DNA of 64,000 bases from positions 310,001-374,000 of the forward strand of contig JAPETS010000005.1 of assembly GCA_026023565.1 (NCBI GenBank). Direction: 5' to 3'. The position numbers were made by a program, and so were the translations under genes. Within the stretch, counting starts at the first letter, position 1. The number at the start of each line of letters is the position of its first letter. The DNA comes from Cirrosporium novae-zelandiae. Taxonomy: Eukaryota. This document shows, piece by piece, positions 1-12,614 of the stretch. The notes below the pieces were generated by a model that saw only the letters and a list, made by a program, of their open reading frames with translations, was not told the origin of the DNA and made no database searches.

Positions 1-489
1 AACATGTTGGCATGTGGAGGAGGGTTACTCCCATGAAAAATTAATTGGATGGGGTGGTTGTGGGTATAATTATGGATGGGATTGGGATGATATGATCATT
101 GCGGTGCGCATCATTAAATATGCTATGCTTTGGCCTCATGCTATACGATAAATGGCTAATGGGAAATTAGACTAGATTTTTATCCGCTTACTTGCTTCCC
201 TATTTGTTTTTACACATCGTCAAGGAAAAGAGCATCATATAGGAAACTAAATAGAAATATAGATTTTTTCTTTTCCTTTACGCCAACGCCAAATTTTTTT
301 TTCCATCCTACCTTATCTCTATCCAATTATCTATTCCTTATTTCTATCCCCTATACAAAAATTATATATCCGTTAAGTAATATCACATCATATCCCGCAC
401 CTAATAATATACCCCTCCCCCCTTTTTTTCTAGTTTGGAGCCACATGTTGAAATGACCCCTTACCAAGGTATTTGCCCCATCTTTTTAT

Positions 490-1685
490 TTAGACTTCAA
501 CAGCCACGGTCTCCTCCCTAGCCTCCGCCTCCACCTCCTCCATTGACCTCCCCCCAACCTCATCCCTAATCAACGGTTCATACGTCTCCACCACCTTTTC
601 CAACTCCCCCCTCAGCTTTACCTTCCTCTCCTTACTACACCAACTCCCCTCCACGCTTCCCTTTACAATCTTCTCCCACTCCCTCACATTCAACCCCCAC
701 ACGCGTTGCACCTCCAAATAATTATCTAGCACCCCACCGCGGAAATATGCCGGGTCATCCCCATTGATACTGAACCGCACGCCCGCATCTAGGAATGCGC
801 GGATCGGGAACTCCTTCACCGAGGGGATGCAGCACAAGCAGACGTTCGAGAGCGGACAGAGCGTGAGCATTGTTTTCGAGGCTGCAAGCGAGGTGAGGAG
901 AGCTGGGGATGTTGCAGATGTGAGACCGTGATCAATGCGGGTGACGTGCAGAGCCTCAAGGGTGTCTGTGATGGCGGTGTGTGGGGTCTCCTCGCCAGCG
1001 TGTGCGGTTAGGTGGAGGGTGAGGGCGGCGGCTTGGGCGTAGACTTCTTTGAAAAGCGGGGCAGGGAACCCTGCTTCGGAGCTATCGAGGCCAACGCCGG
1101 TGATGCGGCCAGATTTGAGGTCAGGGGCTAGGAGGGCGAGGGTTTTGAGGGCCTCGTCACTACCAAGATGTCGCAGAAAGCAGGCAATTAAGAGGACGGT
1201 CAGGTCTGGGAATTGGGATTTTGCTTGTGCGATTCCTTGTTCGATACCTTCGAGGATGACGGCATAGGGAATTCCGCGCTCGAGGTGGGCCTGGGGATCG
1301 AAGAACATTTCGACGTGGCGGACACCGTCAGCGTGGGTGGACTTTAGGTAGGTGTAGGTAAGAAGGGCGAAGTCGGACCGGGTGAGCAGGACAGACATGC
1401 CGACGTAATAGTGATCGAGGAAATCTTGTAGGGAGGTGAATGCCTGGTAGCGGGATTGGAGGGCCGAGATGGATTCGTACGCTGGGGTGGATGGGAGGGT
1501 GACATTGTTCTGTCTGGATAGTTCGAAGAGGAGGGAGGGCGTGAGGGTGCCTTCAATATGAAGGTGGTGCTCGCACTACGGGATAGAAAAGATGGTTAGC
1601 TAGTATGTCAAGGTGGGGAGTTGTGAGGGAGACCAACCTTAGGCAGAGCTTTAAGGAATTTATGGAAAGTATTAGAGACGCCCAT
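490..1685 (-). CDS. AAH1: Adenine deaminase (adenosine/AMP deaminase family)
   Basis: Exon 1 (1638-1685) MGVSNTFHKFLKALPK, intron 1576-1637, then CEHHLHIEG, HVEMFFDPQ, GLDSSE, HAGEE, RIDHG, CPLSN and DDPAYF amidohydrolase motifs. Confidence 0.9.
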
Positions 1686-2070
1686 CTTAAATATTGTATC
1701 TTTGCGGCTAAGGGGGAATATAGATATAGAAGTAAATGGGAAAGAAAGGGAGCTCCTAGATTTCGTCTGATGAGATTTTTTGGTGGCCTTATCGATTAGC
1801 GACTACCGTTACGCAACTTGACGTAAAGTACTTTCGAAAATAGGTAAGGGTAGGTAAGGGTAAGAAGTTTAAAATGGGTCTGCTGCCTGAGGCAATCAAG
1901 TTCTTAACAGTCTATGTTCCCATAAGTATTTTGAGAAAAAGTTGGTACAAGATAAAATTATTATCGTCATAGGATGTATATATATATAGTCATTGAACAG
2001 CAGAGGTAATTCACACCAACCTGATAAAGTGCTCGGAAATTCCCTCGTTTTCATACTACCTCAAACCACC

Positions 2071-2742
2071 TCAAACCAATCCAGCCTTTTTATTCTCAGC
2101 CTTGCTTCTCTGGCTCCATTCTGGCGGTACATCGATGCCCTCGTCTTCTTCTTTATCGCCCTGCTCTTTGGTCTTATGGACGGTGGTTGTTTTATGCTCG
2201 GCAGGAGAGTAAAGCGTGTATAGGATCTGGAGAAGTTAACCGGCATTGTTAACTGCGTAAATTCTTGCAGTTTCATAGGAATACTAACCAATGGCTCTCT
2301 TCCAGTGTTAACAAAGTTGTGTTTTGTTCCTGCAGGCACAATGACAAGGTCAGACCCTTTTACGTCTTGTTCCTTACCACCCACAATTGCGCGACCTTGG
2401 CCGGAGGTGAAAGTCAAAGCTTGGTCAACAGTGTGGATCTGTCCCCGTTGTTAGCCCTCGTCTATTTGCATTGCGTCCTTTGATGACACTCGCCTCTTCT
2501 CCAATCTCACCACCAACAGGAATGGTCATCAAGACAACCTGCGAGTATAGTCCAGTCCACAAAACCCTTCGGAATTCAGAAGAAGTTGAAAGGTAGGTGG
2601 TGGTTATGTTCGGAAAATAGACTATCTCTTTCTTTGGTCCAGACATGGTGGAAACAAAGCGTCTATTGACCGACTTGGATATATATCGAGGAGTTAATGA
2701 TAGAAAAGGAGCTGCTGATTGAGTTGATGCACGACGAAACAT
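2071..2742 (-). CDS. Small cupin-2 domain protein, possibly with a mitochondrial presequence (second ATG at 2646)
   Basis: Spliced product ...FRRVLWTGLYSQVVLMTIPVGGEIGEE/IHTVDQALTFTSGQG...IVPAGTKHNFVNTGREPL/ILYTLYSPAEH...AGLV*. Introns at 2439-2493 (GC-AG) and 2227-2288. Cupin E-x-H and PAG-x-x-H motifs. Confidence 0.85.
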
Positions 2743-3516
2743 CGGGAGCAAGAAAAGTGAAGAGCAATGCAAGATTGAGCAAGAATATATAGATACCTTA
2801 TATTTCCACATGGCTGCCTGTTAAATAGTTGGATTAGTTAATGACCCAATATCATTGGCATTGAGTTTTATCCATGGACCCTGTCGTGATGTCATGTCAC
2901 CAGATATACCACAGTAAGCAGAGGGGACTTCAATTTATTCGATGTTCATTTGTTCCAAAGTTTCTGTCTTGATAATCCAAAATTTGCATAGTCAGAAAGG
3001 TTCTGACCCTGGGGTGGAATTCTGAGTTAAGCAAAAAAGGCCTGGGAAGATGGATTACTGTGTTTGTGAAGTAAGAAGTATTTTGCATCATCGATCATCA
3101 TCATGATTGAATTTCTCCGCGGGCCGTTCCGCCTTAAACTCTCCAGAAATGTATACTCGAGTACACAAGCCTTAAGCTTGCCCAATTCTCTGATATTGAT
3201 AACATTCTGATAACAACGTTTTAAATTAAAAAGAGTCGCAATCATGATTGTAGTAGATTCTTGATTATGTATTAGGTCTACATAATCCTACCTTGGGATT
3301 GGAAACCCCTTGGAGCCAGACTGGCTGGACGGCTCATAGGGAGCAAAATAGAACTATGTACATTGCAACATCAACGGTGGTCAATATATCATAATATATA
3401 GAAGTAATGATAAGCTGTAAATGGTACCAACCGTAATATATATTTACAGTAAGTATCACAGAAGGCCAAAGAAGTCAAAGTTATCGACAGATATACCTAT
3501 ACTGTAGCATCCAAAC

Positions 3517-4373
3517 TTAGATCAGGAGAGCGTAAGCTGCAGCTGCGAAAGCGGCAAATGCACCATAGTTTCCAGCTGTCAAGCTCGAGCCAGCTCCAGT
3601 AAATTCCTGGATTCCAGTGCTCGTAGGATATGAGCCAGTGCCAGTGGCCTTGGTGCCATTGCCCCAGGACGAGGAAACCGGGTATGAGGTGATAACTGCT
3701 CCCGATCCACCTGCAGTACCGGTTATCGAACCAGATGCACCAACACCGCAAGCAGTTGGGGTGACAGTGACAGTCTCAGTTACCGTAACACCGGCCCCGA
3801 CAACAGTGGCGGCTGGTGCAAGGAACCAAATAATGGGGTTCTCGTAGACGACTTCTTCAACATAAGTAGTGACGTTCTTGTAGATGGTGTTGTTATATTG
3901 AACGTATGAGCTTCCGGTGGCTGAAGGAATAGCCGAAGAGGAAGAAGTAGTGGTTGGGTCAACGCAGCTTCCAGTCAGAGAGAAGCGGTCAGATTGGGCG
4001 TAGATAACATAAGTGTTAGTGCCATTGATGAAATTGATCTGCCAGCCGTAGTCGGAAGACAGAGAGCATGGGATTCTGACTGTCTGGGATCCAGCATTCT
4101 GAGGAACATTCTGAGCCAGAGAGAGGACAGTTGGTGCTACGAAAGGTTAGCAAATGCGCAAAGTGTCATGGCATGTCAGACCGAGAACTTACGCCAATGG
4201 GCGGTAGCGAAGTTGACGATATAGATGGAGAAGGTTGATGGATCAGTATCGACAGTGTCCCAAGTGATATCGATTGAGGAGCCCTTGGCGATGGTTGAGT
4301 TTAGGGTGGGAGTCAGAACATCATAAGCAGAAGCAAGTCCCAAGAGGGAGGCGGCAATGACAGCGAAACGCAT
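3517..4373 (-). CDS. Ser/Thr-rich GPI-anchored cell-wall protein with a Kre9/KNH-like N-terminal Ig domain
   Basis: Signal peptide MRFAVIAASLLGLASA, then ITW..DTDPSTFSIYIVN; intron 4137-4192; YAQSDRFSL, a Ser/Thr/Gly-rich stalk, and C-terminal FTGAGSS...GAFAAFAAAAYALLI* GPI-type signal. Confidence 0.85.
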
Positions 4374-4821
4374 GTTGAAATAGACAAGTAATGTAGTGTT
4401 ATTGGTTTAGGATGAAGTAAAAAGTAAAAGAGTGTAATTGTTCAAATGAACGTGTGGGTTAAAGAGCGTAATTGCAAATGAATGACTGGAGGTGTGATTT
4501 TGCACAAGGAGAGAAGAGAAGCGGAGAAATGTCAATTATAAACACGAGCAAGGGATGAAGATGGGATGTTCATCTGTTTCTGTCATTCCCGTATCAGGAA
4601 TTGCAGGAGCCGTAGGAGCCGTAGGAGTCATGGACCAAGTTCTCTTGGGGATACTTGGCGAGGTATCATGACTATCTAGAGCATCTGGGGCTTACCATCT
4701 AGAAGAAATCGGGACAAGGAAGGTCATCTCAAGTGGGGTAGCTTTTATTAGCTTGAAATGTTAAGATTGACCTTGAAATGTTGACAAGAACATTTTTAGA
4801 TTGATTCGTTGAAAGGTGAAT

Positions 4822-4856
4822 CAATCTCGTGGCGAGAATTTATCGCCACGAGATTG
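4822..4856. repeat. Perfect 14-bp inverted repeat (hairpin/cruciform)
   Basis: CAATCTCGTGGCGA-gaattta-TCGCCACGAGATTG read directly from the sequence. Confidence 0.9.
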
Positions 4857-5354
4857 CTCTCTTGTTCAGTTTTCCATTTTCAATTTTCATTTATTTCAGT
4901 GCCAAGTCTTTCGGTCTTTACTACCTTTTCTGACCGTCGCTTAGGGCGCACAGGTAGCAATGGCCCCATATACCCATAATATAAAATCTCCCCTCATATA
5001 ATAAAATTACTTCACGAAAGTCCGCCACACTGAGCTGAGACCAACTCTACCATTTCGTTTAGAAATTTCCCCCTACCCGGATTCCCATACCATTGGCTAC
5101 ACATCTCTCCCTTTCTCTCTCTCTCTCCATATATGACCACTTTAGTATCTGAGTGTTGAGCTCTGGACTTGCCATCAAGGGATATTTGCATCAGTCCTAA
5201 TATAAAATTAGTCTGTGAATATCCTGATACCCAGTGCTATCCTCCTTGCGAGAGAAAATTTCTCATCATTGGTACACCCATCCCCATCTTTCAAGGTACC
5301 TTCGTACTTGATTCAATTGGTAGGGATATCAAATAGTCCAAGTGGCTAGATAAA

Positions 5355-7001
5355 CTACCGTTGACAAGATCGAGCCTTGGGAATTTTTGGCGCCTTTCCT
5401 AATTCGACGTGTGCGACCGGTTTTGCCATGGCTTTCGTCAACTGGAAAATAGGGCTTGCTGTTGTGGTGCCATTGGCATTAGTGTATGGATGCTTCTTCC
5501 TGCGTTCTTGCTGGCCGGACGAGCGCGTCATAATGCTACCTGCAGCAGACACGCAAGACCCATAGGCGTAGCGAACCAATGTGTCGCCCGTAAGACTGCC
5601 AACAGCAAAGACGTTTGGTGCCATCTCAATACTGTTGTATGATTTGGCGCGCAAGGTCTGGCCGGATATATAGTCCTCCGTATCTCTTGGCCCTTGGATT
5701 GGAGGGAGGACTTCCTCAAGGAGCTGGGGTTCGAGGTATCCAAGAGAGCCACGGCGTCCGATATCGTAGGAAAACTTGTTTATTTGTCGTTGGATGTAGG
5801 AGCCATCATCTTTTTTGATACAAATGGTGGCCGAGTCACCCTCCACTGCAATTCCAGCGATTGTGGCATTTGGTAAGCCTTCATATCTCTCGCGATGGAT
5901 GCGCTCACCGGTCATGGGTTTGGAGGTTTTCTTTGTCAGCTTTGGCCTTCTTCCATCATTTACACTAGATGATGATGGTGCAGCTAACTTCATTAATCGG
6001 TATATCAACGCATAATCCGGGTATGCCTGTCGGTGGCATGATTTCAAGGGCGAGGGTTGTTCGTTTGGTGCCCATCGGTAAATATGAATAATTTTCTGGT
6101 TCGTGGGAGTAGACAAGATGACATCAGCAGCACTAAATCCGGACCCAACAATGAGGAGGGTTCCTGATCCGGGAGTAGGAGGAGTAAGGGAGAACAATGG
6201 TCTTAACATTGGTGGAGGAGGGATAAAACTCGAAAAGATTCCGGAAGCAAGCACGATATGTTTGCAATGAATATTATGAGAACTAATAAAGAAGCCTTTT
6301 GAGGACCTGGAAACACCAGAGACTTGGTTCGAGTTGTAGATGCAGTCATCGATTCCCACCATGGTAGGATAGGTAGCGTAGTACTGCGCTAATTGACGGC
6401 GGGTTGGTCTTGTGAAAGGTTGCAATAATCTCCCTTCCTCCTGTTGATAGTGCTCTGCAAAGCTGTATCCAGGCAGTGAGAGCATTTCCGAGTAGCTCAG
6501 TGCTTCGATATCTTCGCTAGTATCAGGTGGATTCTCGGTCCACTGACCGCCAGCTTCAGACGCATTTCCCAAAATGATATGTGGCACCGCCTTTTCGGGC
6601 TTGTGCTTCCATTCTACGCATGTCTTGGTGTCAAGTAGGTCGGTGTCGCTATGTGGTCGGACTAGGGTGTCGAGAAGCACATTCAAGGGTAGGGTTTGTG
6701 TAGAGTAGGAAAACCGTGAAGCGAGAAAATGTTGAGTGAGACGATTGATGTCGAGGTCGAGAAGACATGGTTGACCTTGTAATTTTCGATGAAGTAATGG
6801 ATCAAAATGAGGATTTAAAGTAGTATAATAAGGTACATGACCATGAAGGAGGTAGGAAAGAATGAGTGCTGCGGGGCCATTACCTGCGATTGCAACAGTT
6901 AGCGATCAAATTGCTAATGCGACGCCGAGACAGAGCCAACCACTGGCACTTAACTTACCAATGACGACCGTGTCAATTAACGGCGACGGTCCTTTAGTCA
7001 T
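5355..7001 (-). CDS. FAD-dependent oxidoreductase, OSGIN1/2-like
   Basis: MTKGPSPLIDTVVIG/NGPAALILSYLLHG (intron 6884-6958; Rossmann motif), GGQW, IVLASG, LIVGSGFSAAD, FAVGSLTGDTLVRYAYG. Confidence 0.8.
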
Positions 7002-7465
7002 TTTTTCTCAACTTTGACGTGATACCAATCATTCATCCTCCCACAGAACCTATAACATGTTGATGTGATGGGCAAAATAAAAATAAAAATAAAATAAAAC
7101 TAGACAGGGTGGGGATGAGATATCGAAATAGTCAGATTAAAGAATGCAGAATGCAGGGCTTTATTAATCATTAGCCTCGGTCAGATAAGATTAATGTTTT
7201 TTATCGATAAAGTCTTGCCTACTCCGATGAGTTCATCCGACTCCCATGAAGGATGGTAATCACCATCAGCTTAATAATCTATGGATTACTATGGGACTAT
7301 CATTGTCAACACTCCGAAATACTAGACGATAATGATACCCTTCCTTCCTTATCCATTCTCGCCCAGTATTAAATATCCATTCTGGATTAGCATGAAAAAA
7401 TAACCCCGTGCCCTTTTCAAACTCCATTTAACACTCCTCTACTCATTTTGACGGCCATCCCGCTT

Positions 7466-8570
7466 TTATTCAACTCCAACAATTGGAAGCTTAATGCCAT
7501 CGGCTAGAAGAGCACATTCACAAGCTTTGGTTGCATTCTTCACACCCTCCTCTCCACAAGTCTTGAGATCGAGCTGCGAAGAATTCAAATGAACATTGCC
7601 GTAGATTGAGAGGCCCCACTCCCCGTACCTATATAAACACATTAGTCTCCAGTTTTGGTGGACCATGGAATTTACCAACGCTTCATCGTCAAAATGGTGC
7701 ATCGCGCAGATTGTAAAATCAGCAATAGAGGTATAGTTTCCACCTGAATCCACGCAGTCTCCGAACATGAACTCGAAGCTGGTATCATTGCAGGAGGTCC
7801 ATCCGGATGGGCTGGAAGCAAAAGTGGTGTTACAATTCGCTTTGGTACCGGTATTTTCATCGTAGAGAGTCACTGCGGGAAGTCGAAATATATTAGCTAG
7901 CTAGATCTAGTATACTCTTGGAAACCATAGGAAAGGAGTAGTTAGGCAATGGAATAGACAGCGGTGTGGAAGAAAGTGCAATATACAATTGAAAGGTCGT
8001 TTCTCATGGATATTATTGTCACCATTATATACAACAGGCTAACCATTCAATCCGAGCACAAAAGGAAAGTAGAATTAAAAGAGGATAGCTGAAATGACCT
8101 TAGGAGTAGGAGTGCCATGCCGGACGTTTATTCACAGGATTTTCATAATAAAGTGAAGTTAGGTCTTATAAAGGTGGTCCTATAACTAGACCCAAAAAAT
8201 AAGCCGGTAGGTGTTGCCTACAGACGGAAAGCAGAAGCACGAAAAAATGCAAAGTGAGGGAAATGTTAGAGAAGCAAAAAAGATTCTTCAAACGAAACTT
8301 ATCATGGAACACTCCAGGTCCAGATATCCTTCGTAGAAAGCCCCAATTAGAGGGTGATAAAAATTCTAGGACTTGATTTAAGAGAGGGTACTCACAGAAG
8401 AAGCCCGTGTTTGGATCACCATTTGGATGGCCAGAGTACTTAGCCTCTAGGAAGGTGAGGTTCAGATAATGATAGGTATAGTCATAACGGGGAGCGATAG
8501 GCCCAGCAACTGCAGCAGATATGAGGAGGAAACAAAGCAACAGGAAGGCTGGAGGCGACATGTTGGTCAT
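7466..8570 (-). CDS. Small secreted Cys-rich protein (possibly AltA1/AA1-like)
   Basis: The signal-peptide exon (MTNMSPPAFLLLCFLLISAAVAGP...TGFF) joins in phase via intron 7873-8395 to LTLYDENTGTKANCNTTF...WTSCNDTSFEFMF. Second intron at 7629-7679. The family assignment is tentative. Confidence 0.65.
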
Positions 8571-10044
8571 CGAATCGATTGGATTGAATTGGCTGATAGA
8601 TGGATTGTGGAGGCGTGATATTTGCAATTGGATGGAAGGATTAAGGTATCACAATATGGAAAGTAGAAGAGGAGAGTAGAAAGGGTAGGTAGGGTAGTAA
8701 GCTAAAGAGAAAACAAGCAGTCAACGTCTAGATATAGCCTCTCGCCTACTGTATACAGTGAATGTGAGTGAATATAGGGCTTCCTGTCGGCCTGCCTGAG
8801 GCTTCAATCCAAATTTAGTGAATAGATATTATGTCTAAAGAACCAGTGATGCACACAACATTTAGAAGAAAAGAAAAGAAAAAAATATCATAGCTACAAG
8901 ATGCTGTTGCAGAGCTCCGTTGCTTTAAACCAAGACAAGAATGGACCATAGATGCAGCTTGGCAGACTTCCATTGTCATTCGAAACATAACAACTTAGAC
9001 CTTGACTAGACTTATAGGCTAATTCTTTCTAACCTTTCTCACTTGTCGACTGTCAGTCAATGCATTAAAAGAAACCCTCCGAGGTGATGATTCTGGTCAA
9101 GTTAGGAATGGGTAAGATAACTTGCAGCAGACATTGCAGAGCCTTTCCAATTCCGGGAGCCTAAATCCCGGTGTCTTCTTTTTTGGGTCATGATATTCGA
9201 CCCAACCATGGTTAGCAGCTGAATCAGGGGAAGTTGAAGAAAATGGATGATTCGTTTGGCGGCTCTGGCTGACAAAGTGACAGGGGAAAACGGTCATTTG
9301 CATTATTGCTGCACATCATTATTCCATGCCCCCATTCGACTAACTACATAACAACCTAGCTAATTATTTGTTCTATTGAAACAAAGTTTGATGTTTTTAG
9401 AAGGTAAAGTCTCCGAAAGAAGCTTAAGACCAACAAATGCTTGATTGATGTTTCTTTGTTTTATTAGGTTAATACGTGAAACCAGCTGGTGAAACTTAAA
9501 TCCTACAGCGCATTTGAACCTCCTGTGGTACTCGTACATGGTCAAGGAGACGGGTAGTCAGTCAAAACTAACATCAACCTTGACCGAGATATCCCATCGT
9601 TTGGTAATTGCATGTACTTTGATGTGATATGGTTGGCCAATAATGGCTTATCAGATTAGCTGAATGCATAGAGAGATATATATAGCTACAATGACCCGAC
9701 CTGTAGGCAGTTCACTCATACTGCAGCTAACTTTGGCTGCTGGAAACATGTGCATAGATTAGCTAACAAATCCCAGGGTCAAATGGGTGTAAGAATTGTA
9801 TATTTAAGGAGATGCTGTTCAGCAGCAGCATGGTTTGACATGCCTACTGTGGCTGGAAGAAGATGAATGTCTTGAAGCTTCATGATCGTATTTTGAAATT
9901 CCTGTGTTCTGACGTTCTGCCTATGGTTCCAGGTACAATAAATGACCCCTCAGTAGGAACATTATATCATAGGTTATTTCCATCTCCAGCAGACACGCAC
10001 CGCCTCCAGTATTCCCCCCATTTGCACCAAAAGAAAAAGTAGTC

Positions 10045-10968
<924 letters not shown>

Positions 10969-11079
10969 CTTGCCGTTTGCTCGCTGGTGGTTAGCGACGA
11001 TATGAGTCGATCAAAAGTTGAGGTTTGGAGATAGAATATTCAAATTGATTTTAGAGGCTAGCTTTGTGTGCGGAAATAA

Positions 11080-11086
11080 TCACGTG
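11080..11086. promoter_or_regulatory. TCACGTG E-box (Cbf1-type) upstream of RPS18
   Basis: The motif lies ~110 bp upstream of the RPS18 ATG, with a near copy (AACGTGAC) adjacent. Function is inferred. Confidence 0.35.
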
Positions 11087-12040
11087 CTAAAAAAACGTGA
11101 CCCACAACCGATTGAATGCAAACATTACAAAGTCCCACCTATTCGTAATTAGTTCAGCCAGTTGAGCCACGCATTAACTGGACCACCTAACTACATGTAC
11201 ATACCTATACCTACCTCGACGCTTCTCTTACAACACATGGAGAAGTCAAAGTTAAACAGAATGTCTATTCTAAAATTCATGATTTCGACTCCCGCCCTGA
11301 AGGCCCTGCCCAGTCGTCTACTGGTACATACTGATATTTGCTGACGTGCAATTCACATCTAACAACCTGGCCTGAATCTCCAACTTCGTATTGAACCATC
11401 AACATGACGACCCTATTGCAACAACCAGTGAAGCATAACAAACTTAACTAGCCAATGTCCATTGGGTTCTTCACCAAAAGTCCCTGGTAGCCGCTATTTT
11501 ATATAACTTAAATTCTGTGACAATCGTCATCCCAAACGTCCCTTGTTTTAGATTTGAAGATCATTTTTCCTCATTTAGCTATTAAAAAAAAAAAGCTCCG
11601 CCCTCACCCTCATTGTGCCTTTCTTCGGTTCACTTTATTGTCCAAGAGCCCACCTATTTTAAGAGGATTGTGGCTGGCGGTACCTCAACTGTTCACAGAC
11701 TTTCCGTGCATCAGGTATTGATGGCTGTGCCCACAGTTTGCATCACTTGGCACTTGCATCAATGCCACAGAACATGTTATGTCTACGTACCAAACGTTGA
11801 TTTCCGATTTCTCTATTCAAATTCATGCAACATGTAGTTCATGCAGATCCTGGGGTGCTAGGTCCAGGCCATCTCTTTGCCTTAAATACCTTCTGGGGAA
11901 GTTTTGCTCTGAATGAATCGTTATTTCAATTCGTCACTGTCACTCATTATTGTACCACTATAGCAGACCACTTCTTTACCAATAGCACTCTTTTCACTCG
12001 CCAGAAGCATTCTTTTCAGCACATCTTCGGGCCGTTGAAC

Positions 12041-12614
12041 ATGCTACTATTTCGCCTCCAATTGCTATTTGGTCTCATTGTACTCCTCACTGCTTATGCT
12101 GGTCAGTTCTATAACTACACCAACCCTGACCTACCTATGCTAACACAATCTAGCTCCTGTCCGATATCTCAACTTAGCACCTCGGGGAATCCCCAACTCC
12201 GCCCAACTTCTCACCTTCGATCCACACTCAAAACGGGTCGTTCGCCCGCCCACCTACCATTCCACCCCCTCCGCGAAGAAGCGAATGCGTAAATTACGAC
12301 GAAGTCATGATTGTACTACAACTAATGGCGTTGCTGTCAATGCAGCCACGGCTGTCGCGGCTACAGGGACTGCCGTTAACCAAGCCGCCGCCATGACAGG
12401 AACTGCCGTTAACCAAGCCGCCGCCATGACAGGAACTGCCGTCAACAAAGCTGCTGGAACTGGCATGCCAGGTTGCACAGGCGTGAATGCTGCCGTTGCC
12501 ACTGGAACCGGAGCCGCGTCGGGGGAAAGAGCCGCAACGACGGGAAGTGCGGCAAGGTGGAAGAGGGCATACGAAAATGCAATGAAGTATAGACGGGCGC
12601 CCCCCATCCACTAA
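12041..12614 (+). CDS. Secreted 173-aa precursor with dibasic sites and an Ala/Thr-rich 11-aa repeat core
   Basis: ATG at 12041, signal peptide MLLFRLQLLFGLIVLLTAYA, intron 12102-12153 (GTCAGT..CTAAC..TAG), then an open frame continuous with ORF 12285-12614. Confidence 0.8.
12363..12455 (+). repeat. 33-bp coding tandem repeat (~2.8 copies)
   Basis: ACAGGRACTGCCGTTAACCAAGCCGCCGCCATG twice plus a degenerate third copy; encodes TGTAVNQAAAM. Confidence 0.9.

Noticed and set aside
8700..10000. Short ORFs and a box C-like GTGATGA in the intergenic gap
   Set aside because: No recognisable protein motif, terminal stem or rRNA-complementary guide.
12294..12611. Antisense ORFs over the repeat gene, and similar shadow ORFs across the window
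   Set aside because: By-products of GC-rich or repetitive coding sequence on the opposite strand.
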